Assembly (NCBI GenBank): GCA_051294375.1
Contig: CM119270.1
Span: 21,505,532-21,569,531, forward strand
Reading direction: 5' to 3'
From: Paraspadella gotoi
Taxonomy: Eukaryota > Animalia > Chaetognatha
Length of the DNA stretch: 64,000 nt
Below, piece by piece: positions 13,469 to 28,000 of the stretch. The notes under the pieces are model-generated. The model was not told the DNA's origin and did no database searches. It saw only the letters and a list, made by a program, of their open reading frames with translations. The translations under genes were made by a program, and so were the position numbers. Every line of letters starts with the position of its first letter. The stretch's first letter is position 1.

Positions 13469-16400
13469 CGAGAGAGAAGAGAGAGAGGAGAGAGAGGAGA
13501 GAGAGTGAGTTCCCGCCGTTCTGCTCCGGAAGAGCGGATTTTTTTCTGTTTTTTTTTTTTGGGAGATTAAAAGTGAAATAGTCCATAGTCAGTTTTATTT
13601 CTTTGTCTCTCATCTGGATGAATAATGAAATGAATGAATGAATGAAATGAATGAAAGTAAATGAATATATAAAAAAATGAGTGAATGATTGAATTTATGA
13701 ATGAAAGAAATGAGTGAACGAAGAAAGAGTAAAAAATGAGTGAATGAAGAATGAATGAATGAATGAATGAATGAATGATGAATGAATGAATGTTTTAATG
13801 TAAAAATAGAGTAATTTATAAAGTCAATGAATAAAAACGCTTAATTACAGAAAGATTCATGTATATTATTCTTTATTCTTTATTATTTAATCTCATTTTG
13901 GACACAAAATAAATAAAAGTGACGAACGAAAATATTTCGCGAGAAAAAAAATAAATTTTGATATGAATTATTTTTTTCGGGAGGCGGGCGGGTGAGGGGC
14001 GGTGGGGGGCGGCCAGAATTTTGTCTCGAAAACTTTTTTCTTTTTTTTTTCGAGAGGACAAGAACAAATGTTATTCCAAAAGAAGCAAAAAGGCAAAAAA
14101 AAAAATTAGCAATTTATTTAATTCATTAAAATGAGTCTCAAAGGATTTGTTAGTTTGTTTAGTTTAGTTTTAGTTCCATTAATTCAAAAAGAAATCGCTT
14201 TAAACCAATCAAAAATACCTTTATTATTATCCAACATAAAGAATGATTACAACTTTATGCCTCATTGTTCTCCAAAAACACTTTTAACCTAAGTCCTTGA
14301 GAAAAAAAAAACGTTTGTTTAGGGCCAAAAGGAGCAATTTCCGACTAGAAGAAACGACCATTAGCGAACGGGAGCTAAAAATACCAGACCCGCGCCCTAA
14401 TAAAACCAGAAGTTTTGAGGGGAAAGGCAGCCGGTTTTTTCGATTCCCCCACGAAAGTCGCAGAAATGTCGTCATTTAATTTTGAAAAAAAAACAATTCT
14501 TATTTAAATCCACTGAAAATTATATTTTTAATTTTCGAATCGAGAGACGAATTTTGAGACAAAACCGGAAAAAAAGATCATTCAAATTGTCAATCTGCGG
14601 TATTGCTTCAAATAAGGCGGTTTTCAGGAGTGTTTTTTTTTTTAACCATAACCACTTTACATGATGACTAATTGACTTGTGCCGCTCGCGTTCCGTATAT
14701 GGTTACCTTTAACCTTTAACGACAAAACTTTGCCTTTTGTTTGAAAAAAAGTTTTTTGGATATAATTAAAACGGATTGGATAACCGAAAAACGGTAAACG
14801 CATGAATGATACACAAAGCTAGTTTAAATTTGAATATTCCCTGCAAATTATTTATGAAAATACAATAAAAACTGAAGCAAAAAATTATCTTAAAATGTGA
14901 TCAATTGAAAAGACGACATCTCCTCATAAAAACTTTAAAACTGGAACAAATTCCTCTCAGCGATGTTCCCTGACATCTTTGGTCGGATTGTCTTTTGTTT
15001 CGCAGAAAAAGGCTCGAGACCAAAATGGGGCACCGAATGCCTCGTTTGGTACAGAATAAGCCTCTTTAATTCATAAATATATCACGCTACTACTTCGGTT
15101 GATGTAAATATTTTTGAAAATTCCTCTCTTTATCACGTTTCTTTAATGAGAGGGGCATAGTGGCATACGGATATTCCTGGTAATCGTTTTTAACTACGAA
15201 AACTAGTTAGCAAAACTGTAGTAACTCATTTCTAAAGTCTAACAGTGGTTATAAAACGGGTGAACTATACAAAATTTACTTTCGAATCATAAATATATCA
15301 ATTAATAATCAATCAACGTGAAACATGATTTTAGCGGGAACACAAGTTTTTAGTACGACGATATCTCAAGTCAAATACATAAATTAATGTAAACAAACGA
15401 AATGGAAAAAATCTAATTTGATTTAAAAGAACAAACGCCACATATTTTTGTCGCTTTTGACATGATTTATGTGAGACTGGCTGGAATAAGACAATTCCTG
15501 AAATTAAATAAACTTAAATAAAAATTTAAAAAAAACTGTAAGTGGGGTTTCGAATTTGTAATAATAACAAATTCACAAGTCATGGCACTTGGCTTAAATC
15601 TTCAGCCTCAATAATATAATGACATTACAATCAATTTGTGTAATTCGGGGGTAATTCTCTGTAGAATTAAATGACAAAGTTAACAAAGACCTTCAGCCAC
15701 ATTTTTAATCAATTAAGATTAAAAGCCGGGGGCAAATCTTTTTTAGTTTGACCAAAAATTTTAGGGCCAGCCCAAGGCTAAAATGTGGCCCAAATCTCCT
15801 TGACCCTGGCTCTCAACTTTTTTAGCTTTGGCCATGATTTTGAGAGTCAGTCCAAGCTCAAGTCCCTGGAAGCAATCTCCAACTTTAGCCAGGATTTTTG
15901 AACTGCCAACCCAAGCTCAAAAACTGGCGCAAAATACCCTTGACTTTGGCAAGATTTTAAGGCAAAGCCCGAAAGCTCAAAATCTGGAACAAATCTCCTT
16001 GACTTTGGCCAAGATTTTAAGCGCGGGTCCAGTTTGATAATTCATGTTGGACATGAGGTGATCTTCCTTTAAAAAGCAATCAAAGCTTCGCCGTCGATTT
16101 CTTGAGAAGGAAAATTCGACGGCGAATTGTGAACATCCTCGATGGAAGGAGACAAAAATGGTAGACATCTTGACCTGTGGAAGGAGGGAGGGAAAGGGGA
16201 GAGGGGGAAGAAGAGAGGGAGGGAGAGAGGGAGGAAGGAGGAAGGGGTGAGGAGGAGAAGGAGGGGCGGAGGGAGGAGAGCGGGGGAAAGAAGAAGAAAG
16301 GGAGGAAAGTTAATCAGGGGAAGGGCAAGAAGGAAGAAAGGGAGGAAAGAAGGAAGGAAAGGAAGGAAGGAAAGGCAGGAAGGAAAGGAAGGAAGGAAGG

Positions 16401-19088
16401 AAGGAAGGGAGGAAGGAAGGAATGGAGTAAGGAGGAAGGGAAGAAGAAAGAAGGAAGGAAGGAAGGAAAGGAGAGGGAGGTAGAGAAAAAGGAAGGAAAG
16501 GGAAAAGAAGAGAAATGGAGAAAAGGGAAAAAAAGGAAAGAGAAGAAATATTTATTTTTATATTCTAAGAAATGTCGTTCATTTTCTTTTTTTCATTCCT
16601 TTTTTTTTAATCTTTCCACTCTTTAAATCGTTTCAGTTTCTGTTTTGCTACATAATTATATTTTTTTTCCTATTTTATTTCCATATTTTGTCTGCTCGTT
16701 CGTGTATTTTTCTGTCTTCCATTCCTATCAGTCATTTTTGTAGCTTTAATATCTATCCAACTATCCATCCCGTCATCCTTTTTATTCCATCCATCCATCC
16801 CCTGCATCAAATCCACCCATTATCCGTCCATCCATCCATCCATCCATCCATCCATCCATCCATCTCAACACCGTCCCAAGTCGACGGGTGATTCTGATTA
16901 ATGTCGTCGTCGTCGTGAACCAGCCTGCGCCGCTCACGTCGAATCCCACCGCAGCAGGCCCCGGCCGACGCCGCGGCGAGGCCAGGAAAGCCGCCCGCGA
17001 TGGGGACGACGAGCCGACTCTGGCGGCGTCGGCGGAGGAAGTTCGATCGGCGAATCCGGCGAGAGGAGGCGCGAGAAGTGGCGCCGCTTCTGACCCCGGA
17101 GAGCCGAAGGATTGAGAGTGCTCGGGAGTGTTTGGCGGGTGTGGTGGGGATTGTGGTGGGGATTGTGGTGGGATTGTTGGGGATAAGCCCGGTGGGTGGA
17201 ATGCCTGTGGGAGTAAGGAGTGGCAGAAAGAATTTATGTGAGGAGAGGTTTAAATTTATTTTGGAATATTTAATAAATTTAATAAAATATTAAATAAAAT
17301 AGCAATATAAACAGAAATATAAAAAAACAGTTTTTATTGCAGCGCGAGTATCTTAAGTCCCAAGCATTTATAAAAAAAAAACGAAAAAAGCGATTCAACC
17401 AAGCGACGAGTTGTGCAAACAAATAAAAATGAGAGCCAAGCATATAATCAAAAATGGAAAAGAGGATACAAAGCAGATGTAAGAACCAATTAGCGTGCAA
17501 AATAATCTAAACGGTAACTTCGTGCAAAATAAAGTAAGCTTGCGTGTAAAATAAAGTAAGGTGCGTGTAAAAGAACAAAATTCGTAGCAAACAAAGACGA
17601 TCGCGCAAAAAAACAAAAAAACACAACAAACAGGAAATAATTTTTGAAACAAAAAAATCAAAGGCGGTCCGACCAGGATAGGTTATAAATGTGAGGCATA
17701 ATTTCCTTCATTCGGACTGATTATCATTATCATGATAATTATCATTAATCTTATCCTCTGATTGTCAGTGAAACTGAATGAAACGTGCTCATTTTCCCCC
17801 CCGATATTCCGCCGCCGTCCGGCCACCTTCAAACCACGCCACCCTACCTGACTGGTTTCCGGCGACGATTTTTTCCCGGCACGGTCTCGATTCTCGGCGC
17901 CGTAGAATCGACACGAATCGAGAGCCGGGGACGGCGCCCTTCCGTAGTCGTCATATCGGCTATCGTCGCTCAAGCGCGCCGTCAACGGCCGCTGCGATTC
18001 TGACGCCGGCGCCATCGAATCGGAGGGCGCCTGTCCAGACCCGACGACGCCGGTCTACTGGAAAGCGCGATCCCCGACTTTCAGTCTTCCATCGACTCAT
18101 TTTCTCTTTCAATTTGATTTTTTGAGTTTTTCTTGGTGAACCGGTGAACCCATTTGCACAATGAAGAAGGATGATCCGGTGAACGTTTAAGTTTTAATTG
18201 ATCTGTGTTAGTTTTGTTGATGTTTTTTTTAAATGTTTTTGTTGGTTTAATTTATTCATAAATTTTTATTGATGTTTTTAGTGGTTTATATGTCAAATAT
18301 TTATTGGTTCAAATTTTTCCGTGTTTTTGTTTGAGATATAGAATGTATAGTTAGTTTTGTTGATGTTATGTTACATATTTCGGATTAATTTTCGTTGTTG
18401 TATTTAATGTTAAGATTTGATGTTTGTACAAAGTCCAAACATCGAACGAGCGACAAGAGAGGACAAAGAGGACAAAGAGAACGAAATTCCGAAGAAAAAA
18501 AAACGAACAAGAGAAAAAATCCAAGTGAGAAAAAAAGAACAAGAAAAGAAAGGACAAAGTGGGACAGGAAAAAGAAAGAGAGATGGTGAATGAAGGACCA
18601 CACGTTGAAAAAAAACTGTGACGAAATTCTACCATTAAAAACTAAAAAATCCTTTTATCTGTTGACTGGTATAGTTTTAAAAATATTTATTCATTTTCAA
18701 ACTATTTTGAGTTATTTTTACTAAAACAATAAGTAATATAATTACCTCTAAATAACAATTTATATCACTACCTAATATTAATTAAATAAAAACTTATTTT
18801 CTCAACCCGATTGACGAATCTGGACGGATGACTTGAAGGATTCTCTCGACTAGATGACCTCGCCCGCGGCTGGCTGTTGAAGGGGCTGTTGAAGGGGTTG
18901 TTGAAGGGTTGTTGAAGGGGCTGATGGGCAGAGGCTTGGGGCTGTAGTTGTTGTTGTGACGTTCGAACGAAAAATTCTTTTTTCGATTGACGATCACATT
19001 CATCGCTTCGTGATTTTCGTTTGATTCTCAAAACTCCTGGAGAGAAAATAGAAAGTGAATGAGCTGTGGACACTCTCTCACACTCTCT

Positions 19089-19161
<73 letters not shown>

Positions 19162-22100
19162 TCTCTCGTCTTTCTCTCCTCTGAATTCACTATCATCAAA
19201 ATTAAAAAGGTTTCATCAATTCTTCGTATATAAAGCGAGTCTTGAAAGAAAAGCTTGCAGGACCTGCCTAATATCATTATCTGTAAGATGATGGAGGCCT
19301 TAAACCCACCAAAGCTGCCCCAAAGTCAGGGTCCAGATAGCTAATTTATCAAACGAAATGGATAATTTTCCTGTCGATTGTACAATTTCATAATACAATC
19401 AATTCCATATAATAATTATAAATATCATAATCTCCCCCCCCCCGTCATTTCAACCCACCGTTTTTCCCGTCTCCGCCGACCAAAGAAGGAGCGACCTTCT
19501 CTCTCTCCTCTCCTCCTCCCTTCCTCTCCTCCTCTCTCGTCGTCAGCATCGATGCAGACGACGCTCGCGTCGTTGTCTCCATCGTCCGTCGTGTCAGGTC
19601 GAGAAGGGAACGAACGACAGGAGGCGTTGTTATCGTTTTGGCGGCAGGTGGTCCCGAACAGAAATTCGACGATTGCGAATTTCTCCGCCAGATCGAACCT
19701 TTTTAAGGGGAGAGAGGGGGTGAATATGAAAGGGGGGGTTAGGGGAATTAAGGGCCGTGGGATGGGGATTGGGAATGGGGATCAGATGGGGATGGGAGTT
19801 GGGGGGCAATGGGGAAGGGGATGGGGTTGGGGATGTTGTGGGACAAAAACGTTTAAAAATGCCCAAAATGAAGGAATGACTTGACTCAACTGATCTCACA
19901 ATTAAGTTTTGAGAAGTCACCTCATGTCATTTCGAATCATGCTACATTCTTTTCGAATCATTTTCACATCATTTTAGTCACCTCACCTCACATCTATTTT
20001 TTAACGTGAATTATTTAAATCGTACCTTACCCATCAGCCTCCGTCTCACCACGCCTTACCCGTCCCAAACTCCCCCGATTCAAAAAATTGAACTCACCTC
20101 CCGCATTTCTCTGCACTTAGCTTCGGCTTCGCCCTCACCCTGCGTCGCCAGCGCCTGAGCCATGAGCCGCTGCTGCAAGCCCGCCGGTGAAGGGCAAAAT
20201 GGCAGGTAAAGGGCGGAGTGGCGGATGACCGAAGGCGGGCCTGAGCCTTTCCGCTCCTGCCGCCGCGACGGGGTTCGTCGAGGAGGGCTGGAGGAGGCGG
20301 AGGCGATGCCGGCGCGCGACGAAGGCTGTCGCTGCCTGACGCTGCTGAAGGATCATGCGTCTCCATCAGGAAATTCGGCGCTTGAGAACAGAATCTGTGG
20401 AAGGGGAAGGGGATAAGTATTTAATTAATTTAATTAAACTTTAATTAATTTTCATATCCTCTAGTTTACAGCAGAGTATTTAAATCAATAACAAGTCATT
20501 CACAAATCAAATATTGATCAGTTATTCAAAACCACCAATACAGTCACAAACCAGTAAATGCTCCTCATCTCCCCCTCCTCCTCTATTCCCCTCCCCTCCT
20601 CATCTCCCCCTCCTCCTCCTCACTCCTCATCTTCCCCTCCTCCCACCTGATCTCCTCTTTCGATTCTCATCGTCAAAAGATTTTTTCTTTTCTTTTCTTT
20701 CCTTTTCCTTCGTCGCGTCGTACGTCGTCGTCGTCGTCGTCGCGAGGTGCGTCGTCGTCGTCGTAGTCCGGTCGTCGTCGTCTGAGCCGCGGAAAGCGAG
20801 GAGACGGAAACCGTCCCTGGGGAAAGAGAATGATTGCTTTTATTGACTGATTGATTGTTTTGAAATAAGATTCATACAATTGGCCGAATTGAATAGATTT
20901 AGAAAGAAAAATTAAAGATTGAATTGATCGATAGAAAGAAATACTCGATTTCATTGATGGTAATTGATCGTGATTAATTTAATAATCGATTGATCTGATT
21001 ACATTGATTAATTGCTTACCTCGATTTGATGTCGATTTGAGACGCTTCGACTTACGATCGGTTGGAGCGACATTCGTTCACAATTCAGAAGTGAGGATCT
21101 GTTGACTCTGTCACAAGTTGAAAAATGTAACGTTAATGTAACTCGGGCTCATGTGAAAAATGTAAGCAGTATTGCATAAATCATTCATAAAATCAAAACA
21201 AAAATGACGTGTCACAAGTATTTATAAAAATTTTAGAACTCACATATCGAACAAAGTCAATCACAATTATCACAAACTGCCTATCACAACTCCTGGGAAG
21301 GCACCCAGCCTCCTCAATCATCATTATCACAACTGCCTATCACAACTCAATGGGAAAAGGCGACCTGTACTTTCAGTCATATTTATCACAAGTGCATATC
21401 ACAACTCACTGGGAAAGGCGACCCTGCCTCCAACACATTATCACAACTGCCTATCACAAACTCACTGGGAAAGGCAAACCTGCCTCCTCAAAAATCACAT
21501 ATATCAAAACTGTGCCTACACAACTCACTGGGAAAAGGCGACCCTGCCTCCTCAATCACGAATCCGTTCGATCAAATGAGTCAGAATTTCGATTCGTCGT
21601 CGTCGTTTGTTGTTGTTATCCTCCTCCGACGCCGCGGGTCAAACCGGCGCCGTTCGGCTTCTTTCTCTCGGCGTCATTTCGATCGAGCGGCGTCGATCTT
21701 TAACGCCAAAGCGGGCGGCCGGTCGGTTATAGCGCGTTGACAGAAGACGAGCGGCGACGTAGGGTGAGTTTTGGGTGAGACGGAAGTCGGCGGGGAAAGT
21801 CGGAGTTTGATTGGACGAGAGGAAAGAAGATTGAACGGAGGATGACTGACCAGATAGGCCGTTCGAGTTTCCGGCGTCGTTACGGTCGCGTGGGAGACGA
21901 AGGAGCTTCCCTATTGGTCAAGCGGTTGAAAGATTGTGTTTCGCCACCAATGGGGAAGCGGGATTTGTAACCAAGGGGAAATGGGATTTTCGACCAAATG
22001 GGGAAGCGGGAAATTGTAACCAATGAGGAAAGAAGGATTCCTCGCAATGTCTTTTGGAGTCGCGAGAAGCTGCTGCTGCTTGCTGCCTGCTGCTGTTGTT

Positions 22101-25002
22101 GTGTTGTTGTTGTTGTTTGTTGTTGTTGTTTGTTNNNNNNNNNNNNNNNNNNNNNNNNNAGCAGCAGCAGCAGCAGCTTCCTCGCGACTCCAAAGACATT
22201 GCGAGGAATCCTTCTTCCTCATTGGTTACAAATCCCGCTTCCCCATTGGTCGAAAATCCCATTTCCCCCTTGGTTACAAATCCCGCTTCCCCATTGGTCG
22301 GCGAAACACAATCCTTTCAACCGCGTTCGACCAATAGGAAAGCTCCTTCGTCTCCCACGCGACGTAACGACGCGGAAACTCGAACGCCTATTGGTCAGTC
22401 ATCCTCCGTTCAATCTTCTTCCTCTTCCTCCAATCAAACTCCGACTCACCCGCCGACTTCCGTCCTCACCCAAACTCACCCTCACGTCGCCGCTCGTCTC
22501 TCAACGCCGCCTATAACGACGCCGCCCGCTTTGGACGTTAAAGAATCGACGCCGCTCGATCGAAATGACGCCGAGAAAGAAGCGAACGGCGCCGGTTTGA
22601 CCCGCGGCGTCGAGGAGGATAACAACAACAACGACGACGACGAATCGAAAATTCTGACTCATTTGATCGACGGATTCGTGATTGAGGAGGCAGGGTCGCC
22701 TTTCCCAGTGAGTTGTGTAGGCACAGTTTTGATATATGTGATTGAGGAGGCAGGTTTGCCTTTCCCAGTGAGTGTTGTGATAGGCAGTTGTGATAAATGT
22801 GATTGGGAGGCAGGGTCGCCTTTCCCAGTGAGTTGTATATGCACTTGTGATAAATATGATTGAAAGTACAGGGTCGCCTTTCCCATTGAGTTGTGATAGG
22901 CAGTTGTGATAAATGTGATTGAGGAGGCTGGGTTGCCTTTCCCAGTGAGTTGTGATAGGCAGTTGTGATAAATGTGATTGACTTTGTCATATGTGATTCT
23001 AAAATTTTATAAATACTTGTGACCGTCATTTTTGTTTTGATAATTTTATGAATGATTTATGCAATACGTGCTTACATTTTCACATAGCCCGAGTTACATT
23101 AACGTTACATTTCAACTTTGTGACAGGTCAACAGATCCTCACTTCTGAATGTGAACGAATGTCGCTCCAACGCGATCGTAAGTCCGAAGCGTCTCAAATC
23201 GACATCAAATCGAGGTAAGCAATCTAATCAATTAATCAATCAATCGATTATTAAATTAATCAACCGATCAATTAACCAATCAATAAATCGATATTTCTTT
23301 CTATCGATCAATCAATCTTTAATTTTTCTTAAATCTATTCAATTCGGCCAATTGTATGACATCTTATTCAAACAATCAATCAGTCAATAAAGCAATCATT
23401 CTCTTCCCCAGGGACGGTTCCGTCTCCTCGCTTTCCGCGGGCTCAGACGACGACGACCGGACTACGACGACGACGACGACGACGACGAAGGAAAAAGAAA
23501 GAAAAGAAAAGAAAAAATCTTTGACGATGAGAATCGAAAGAGGAAGATCAGGTGAGGAGGAGGGGGAAGATGAGGAGGAGGAGGAGGGGGAGATGAGGAG
23601 GAGGAGGGGGAAGAGGAGGAGGGGGAGATGAGGAGCATTTACTGGTTTGTGACTGTATTGGTTTTTGTGAATAACTGATCAATAATTTGATTTGTGAATG
23701 ACTTGTTATTGATTTAAATACTCTGTTGTAAACTAGAGGGATATGAAATTAATTAAATTAATTAAATTAATTAAATACTTATCCCCCTCCCCCTTCCACA
23801 GATTCTGATTCTCAAGCGCCCGAACTTTCCCTGATGGAGACGCATGATCCTTCAGCAGCGTCAGCAGCGACAGCCTCGTCCGCGCCGGCGTCGCCTCCGC
23901 TCCTCCAGCCCTTCCTCGACGACCCCGTCGGCGGCGGCAGGAGCCGGGAAGGCTCGGCCCCGCGCGGCTCATCCGCCACTCCGCCCTTACCCTGCCATTT
24001 GCCCTCTCACCCGGGCGGGCTGCAGCAGCGGCTCATGGCTCAGGCGCTGGCGACGCAGGGTGAGGCGAAGCCGAAGCTCAAGTGCGAGAAATGCGGGAAG
24101 GTGAGTTAATTTTTTGAATCGGGGGAGTTGGGACGGGTAAGGGTGGGTGAGACGAGGCTGATGGGTAAGGTACGATTAAAATAATTCAGTTAAAAAATAG
24201 ATCGTGAGGTGAGGTGACTTAAAATGAAGTGAAATGATTCGAAACGAGATGAGATGATTCGAAATGACATGAGGTGACTTCTCAAACTTATTGTGAGATC
24301 AGTTGAGTCCAAGTCATTCCTTCATTTTTGGGCATTTTTAAACGTTTTTGTCCCACAACATCCCCAACCCCATCCACCTTCCCCCATCCCCACAACATCC
24401 CCATCCCCAATCCCCATCCAACGGCCTTATATTCCCCTAACCCCCCCTTTTATATCACCCCCTCTCTCCCCTTAAAATTTCGAATCTGGCGGAGAAATTC
24501 CGCAAATCCGGTCGATTCTGTTCGACCACCTGCGCCAAACGATACAACGCCTCCTGTCGTTCGTTCCCTTCTCGACCGACGACGACGACGATGGAGACAA
24601 CGACGCCGAGCGTCGTCTGCATCGATGCTGACGACGAGGAGGAGGAGGAGGAAGAGGAGGAGGAGAGGAGAGAGAAGAGGTCGACTCCTTCTTTGTCGGC
24701 GGAGACGGAAAACGGTGGGTTGAAATGACGGGGGGGGGAGATTATGTTTTATAATTATATATGGAATTTGATGTATTATGAAATTGGTACAATCGACAGG
24801 AAAATTATCCATTCGTTTGATAAATTAGCTATCTGGACCCTGACTTTGGGGGCAGGCTTTGGTGGTTTAAGGCCTCCATCACTCTTACAAGATAATGATA
24901 TAGCAGGTCCCTGCAAGCTTTCTTTCAAGACTCGCTTTATATACGAAGAATTGATGAAAACCTTTTTAATTTTGAGATAGTGAATCAGAGAGAGAAAGAG
25001 AG

Positions 25003-25071
<69 letters not shown>

Positions 25072-28000
25072 AGAGGAGAAGAGTGTGAGAGAGTGTCCAC
25101 AGCTGATCACTTCTATTTTCTCTCCAGGAGTTTTGAGAATCAAACGAAAATCACGAAGCGATGAATGTGATCGTCAATCGAAAAAGAAATTCGTCGAAAC
25201 GTCACAACAACAACTACAGCCCCAGCCTCCTGCCCATCAGCCCCTTCAACAACCCCTTCAACAACCCCTTCAACAGCCCCTTCAACAGCCCCAGCCGCGG
25301 GCGAGGTCATCCAGTCGAGAGAATCCTTCAAGTCATCCGTCAGATTCGATCAATCGGGTGAGAAAATTAAGTTTTTATTAATAAATATTAAGTAGTGATA
25401 TAAATTGTTATTTAGAGGTAATTATATTACTTATTGTTAGTAAAAATAACTCAAAATAGTTGAAATGAAATAAATATTTTTAAAATATACCAGTCAACAG
25501 ATAAAAGGATATTTTTTTAGTATTTTAAATGTAGATTCGTCACAGTTTTTTTCAACGTGGTCCTTCATCACTCTCTCTTTCTTTTTCCCTGTCCCACTTT
25601 GTCCTTTCTTTTCTTTGTCTTTTTTCTCACTGGATTTTTTCTCTTGTCGTTTTTTTTCTTCGGAATTTCGTCCTCTTTGTCCTCTTTGTCCTCTTTGTCG
25701 CTCGTTCGATGTTTGACTTTTGGTACAAACATCAAATCTTAAACATTAAACACAACAACGAAAATAAATCCGAAATATGTAAACAATAACATCAACAAAA
25801 CTAACTATAACATCTATATCTACAAACAAAAACACGGAAAATTTGAACCAACTAAATATTTGACATATAAAACCACTAAAACATCAATAAAAAATATGAA
25901 TAAATAAACCAACAAAAACATAAAAAAAAACATCAAACAAAACAACAACAGATCAAATTAAAACTTAAACGTTCACCGGATCATCCTTCTTCTTGGCAAA
26001 TGGGTTCACCGGTTCACAAGAAAAAACTCAAAAAATCAAAATTGAAAGAGAAAATGAGTCGATGGAAGACGAAGTCGGGATCGGCGCTGTCCAGGTCAGG
26101 ACCGGCGTCGTCCGGGTCTGGACAGGCGCCCTCCGATTCGATGGCGCCGGCGTCAGAATCGCAGGCGGCGTTGACGGCGCGCTTGAGCGACGATAGCCGA
26201 TATGACGACGACGAAGGGCGCCGTCCCCCGGCTCTCGATCGTGTCGATTCTTACGGCGCCGAGAATCGAGACCGTGCCGGAAAAATCCGGTCGCCGGAAA
26301 CCAGTCAGGTAGGTGGCGTTGGTGAAGGTGGCCGGCGGCGGCGGAATATCGGGGGAAAATGACGCACGTTTCATCAGTTATCACTGACAATCAGAGATAA
26401 TGATAATGATAATATCATGATAATGATAATCAGTCCGAATGAGGAAATTACTGCTCACATTTATAACCTATCCTGTCGACCGCCTTGATTTTTTTGTTTT
26501 CAAAAATTATTTTCCTGTTGTTGTTGTTTTTTTTGTTTTTTTGCGCATCCGTCTTTTGTTTTGCACGAATTTTGTATCTTTACACGCAACCTTACTTTAT
26601 TTACACGCAAGCTTACTTTATTTTGCACGAAGTTACGTAGAATTATTTTGCACGCTATTGGTTCTTACATCTGCTTGTATCTCTTTTCCATTTTTGATTC
26701 ATATGCTTGGCTCTCATTTATTTGCTTGCACAACTCGTTCGCTTGTTTGGAATCTCTTTTCGTTTTTTTTTTATAAATGCTTGGGCTTAAGATACTCGCG
26801 CTGCAATAAAATACTGTTTTTTTATATTTCTTTTATATGCTATTTATTTAATATTTATTAAATTTATTAAATATTCCAAAAATAATTAAACCCTTCTCCT
26901 CAATAAATTCTTTCTCCACTCCTTACTCCCACAGCATCCACCCACCGGGCATTATCCCCACAATCCCCACCACAATCCCCACCACAATCCCCACCACAAC
27001 CCCGCCAACACTCCCGAGCACTCCTCATCCTTCGGCTCTCCCGGGGTCAGAAGCGGCGCCACTTCTCGCGCCTCCTCGTCGCCGGATTCGCCGATCGAAC
27101 TTCCTCCGCCGACGCCGCCAGAGTCGGCGTCGTCGCGGGCGGCGTTCCTGGCCTCCGCCGCGGCGTCGCCGGGGCTGCTGCGGGGAGGATTCGACGGAGC
27201 GGCGCAGCTGGTTCACGACGACGACGACATTAATCAGAATCACCCGTCGACTTGGACGGTGAGATGGATGGATGGATGGATGGATGGACGGATAGATGGA
27301 GGGACGGATAGATGGATGGATTTGATTGAGGGATGGATGGATGGATAAAAAGATGGACGGATGGATAGTTGGATAGATATAAAGCTACAAAAATGACTGA
27401 TAGGATGGAAAGACAGAAAAATACACGAAGCGACAGACCAAAATATGGAAATAAAATAGGAAAAAAAAGTAATATGTAGCAAAACAGAAACTGAAACAGA
27501 TTTAAAGAGGTGGAAAGATTATAAAAAAAGGAATGTAAAAAAGAAAAAAAACGACATTTCTTAGAAATATAAAATAAATATTCTTCTCTTTCCTTTTTTT
27601 CCCTTTTCCTCCATTTCTCTTCTTTCCTTCCTTCCTTTTTCCTCTACCTCCCTCTCCTTTCCTTCCTTCCTTCCTTTCTTTCTTCTTCCCTTCCTCCCTT
27701 ACTCCTTCCTTCCTTCCTTCCTTCCTTCTCTCCTCCCTTTCTTCCTTCTTGCCCTTCCCTATTAACTTTCCTCCCTTTCCTTCTTCTTCCCCCTCTCCTC
27801 CCTCCGCCCCTCCCTCCTCCTCCCCTTCTTCCTCCTCCCTCTCTCTCTCTCCTTCCCTCTCTTCTTCCTATCACCTTCCCTCCCCTCCTTCCACAGGTCC
27901 AAGATGTCTACCATTTTGTCTCCTCCATCGAGGGATGTTCACAATTCGCCGTCGAATTTTCCTCTCAAGAAATCGACGGCGAAGCTTTGATGCTTTTAAA

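Noticed and set aside
16142-16626. Arg/Glu/Gly/Lys-rich ORFs (also 57262-57656 and 62147-63605)
   Set aside because: They are translations of purine or pyrimidine low-complexity tracts.
13506-22134. Second functional polyhomeotic paralogue (like Drosophila ph-p/ph-d)
   Set aside because: It lacks the N-terminal exons, is heavily frameshifted, and its introns are as similar as its exons. It looks like the same sequence read twice.
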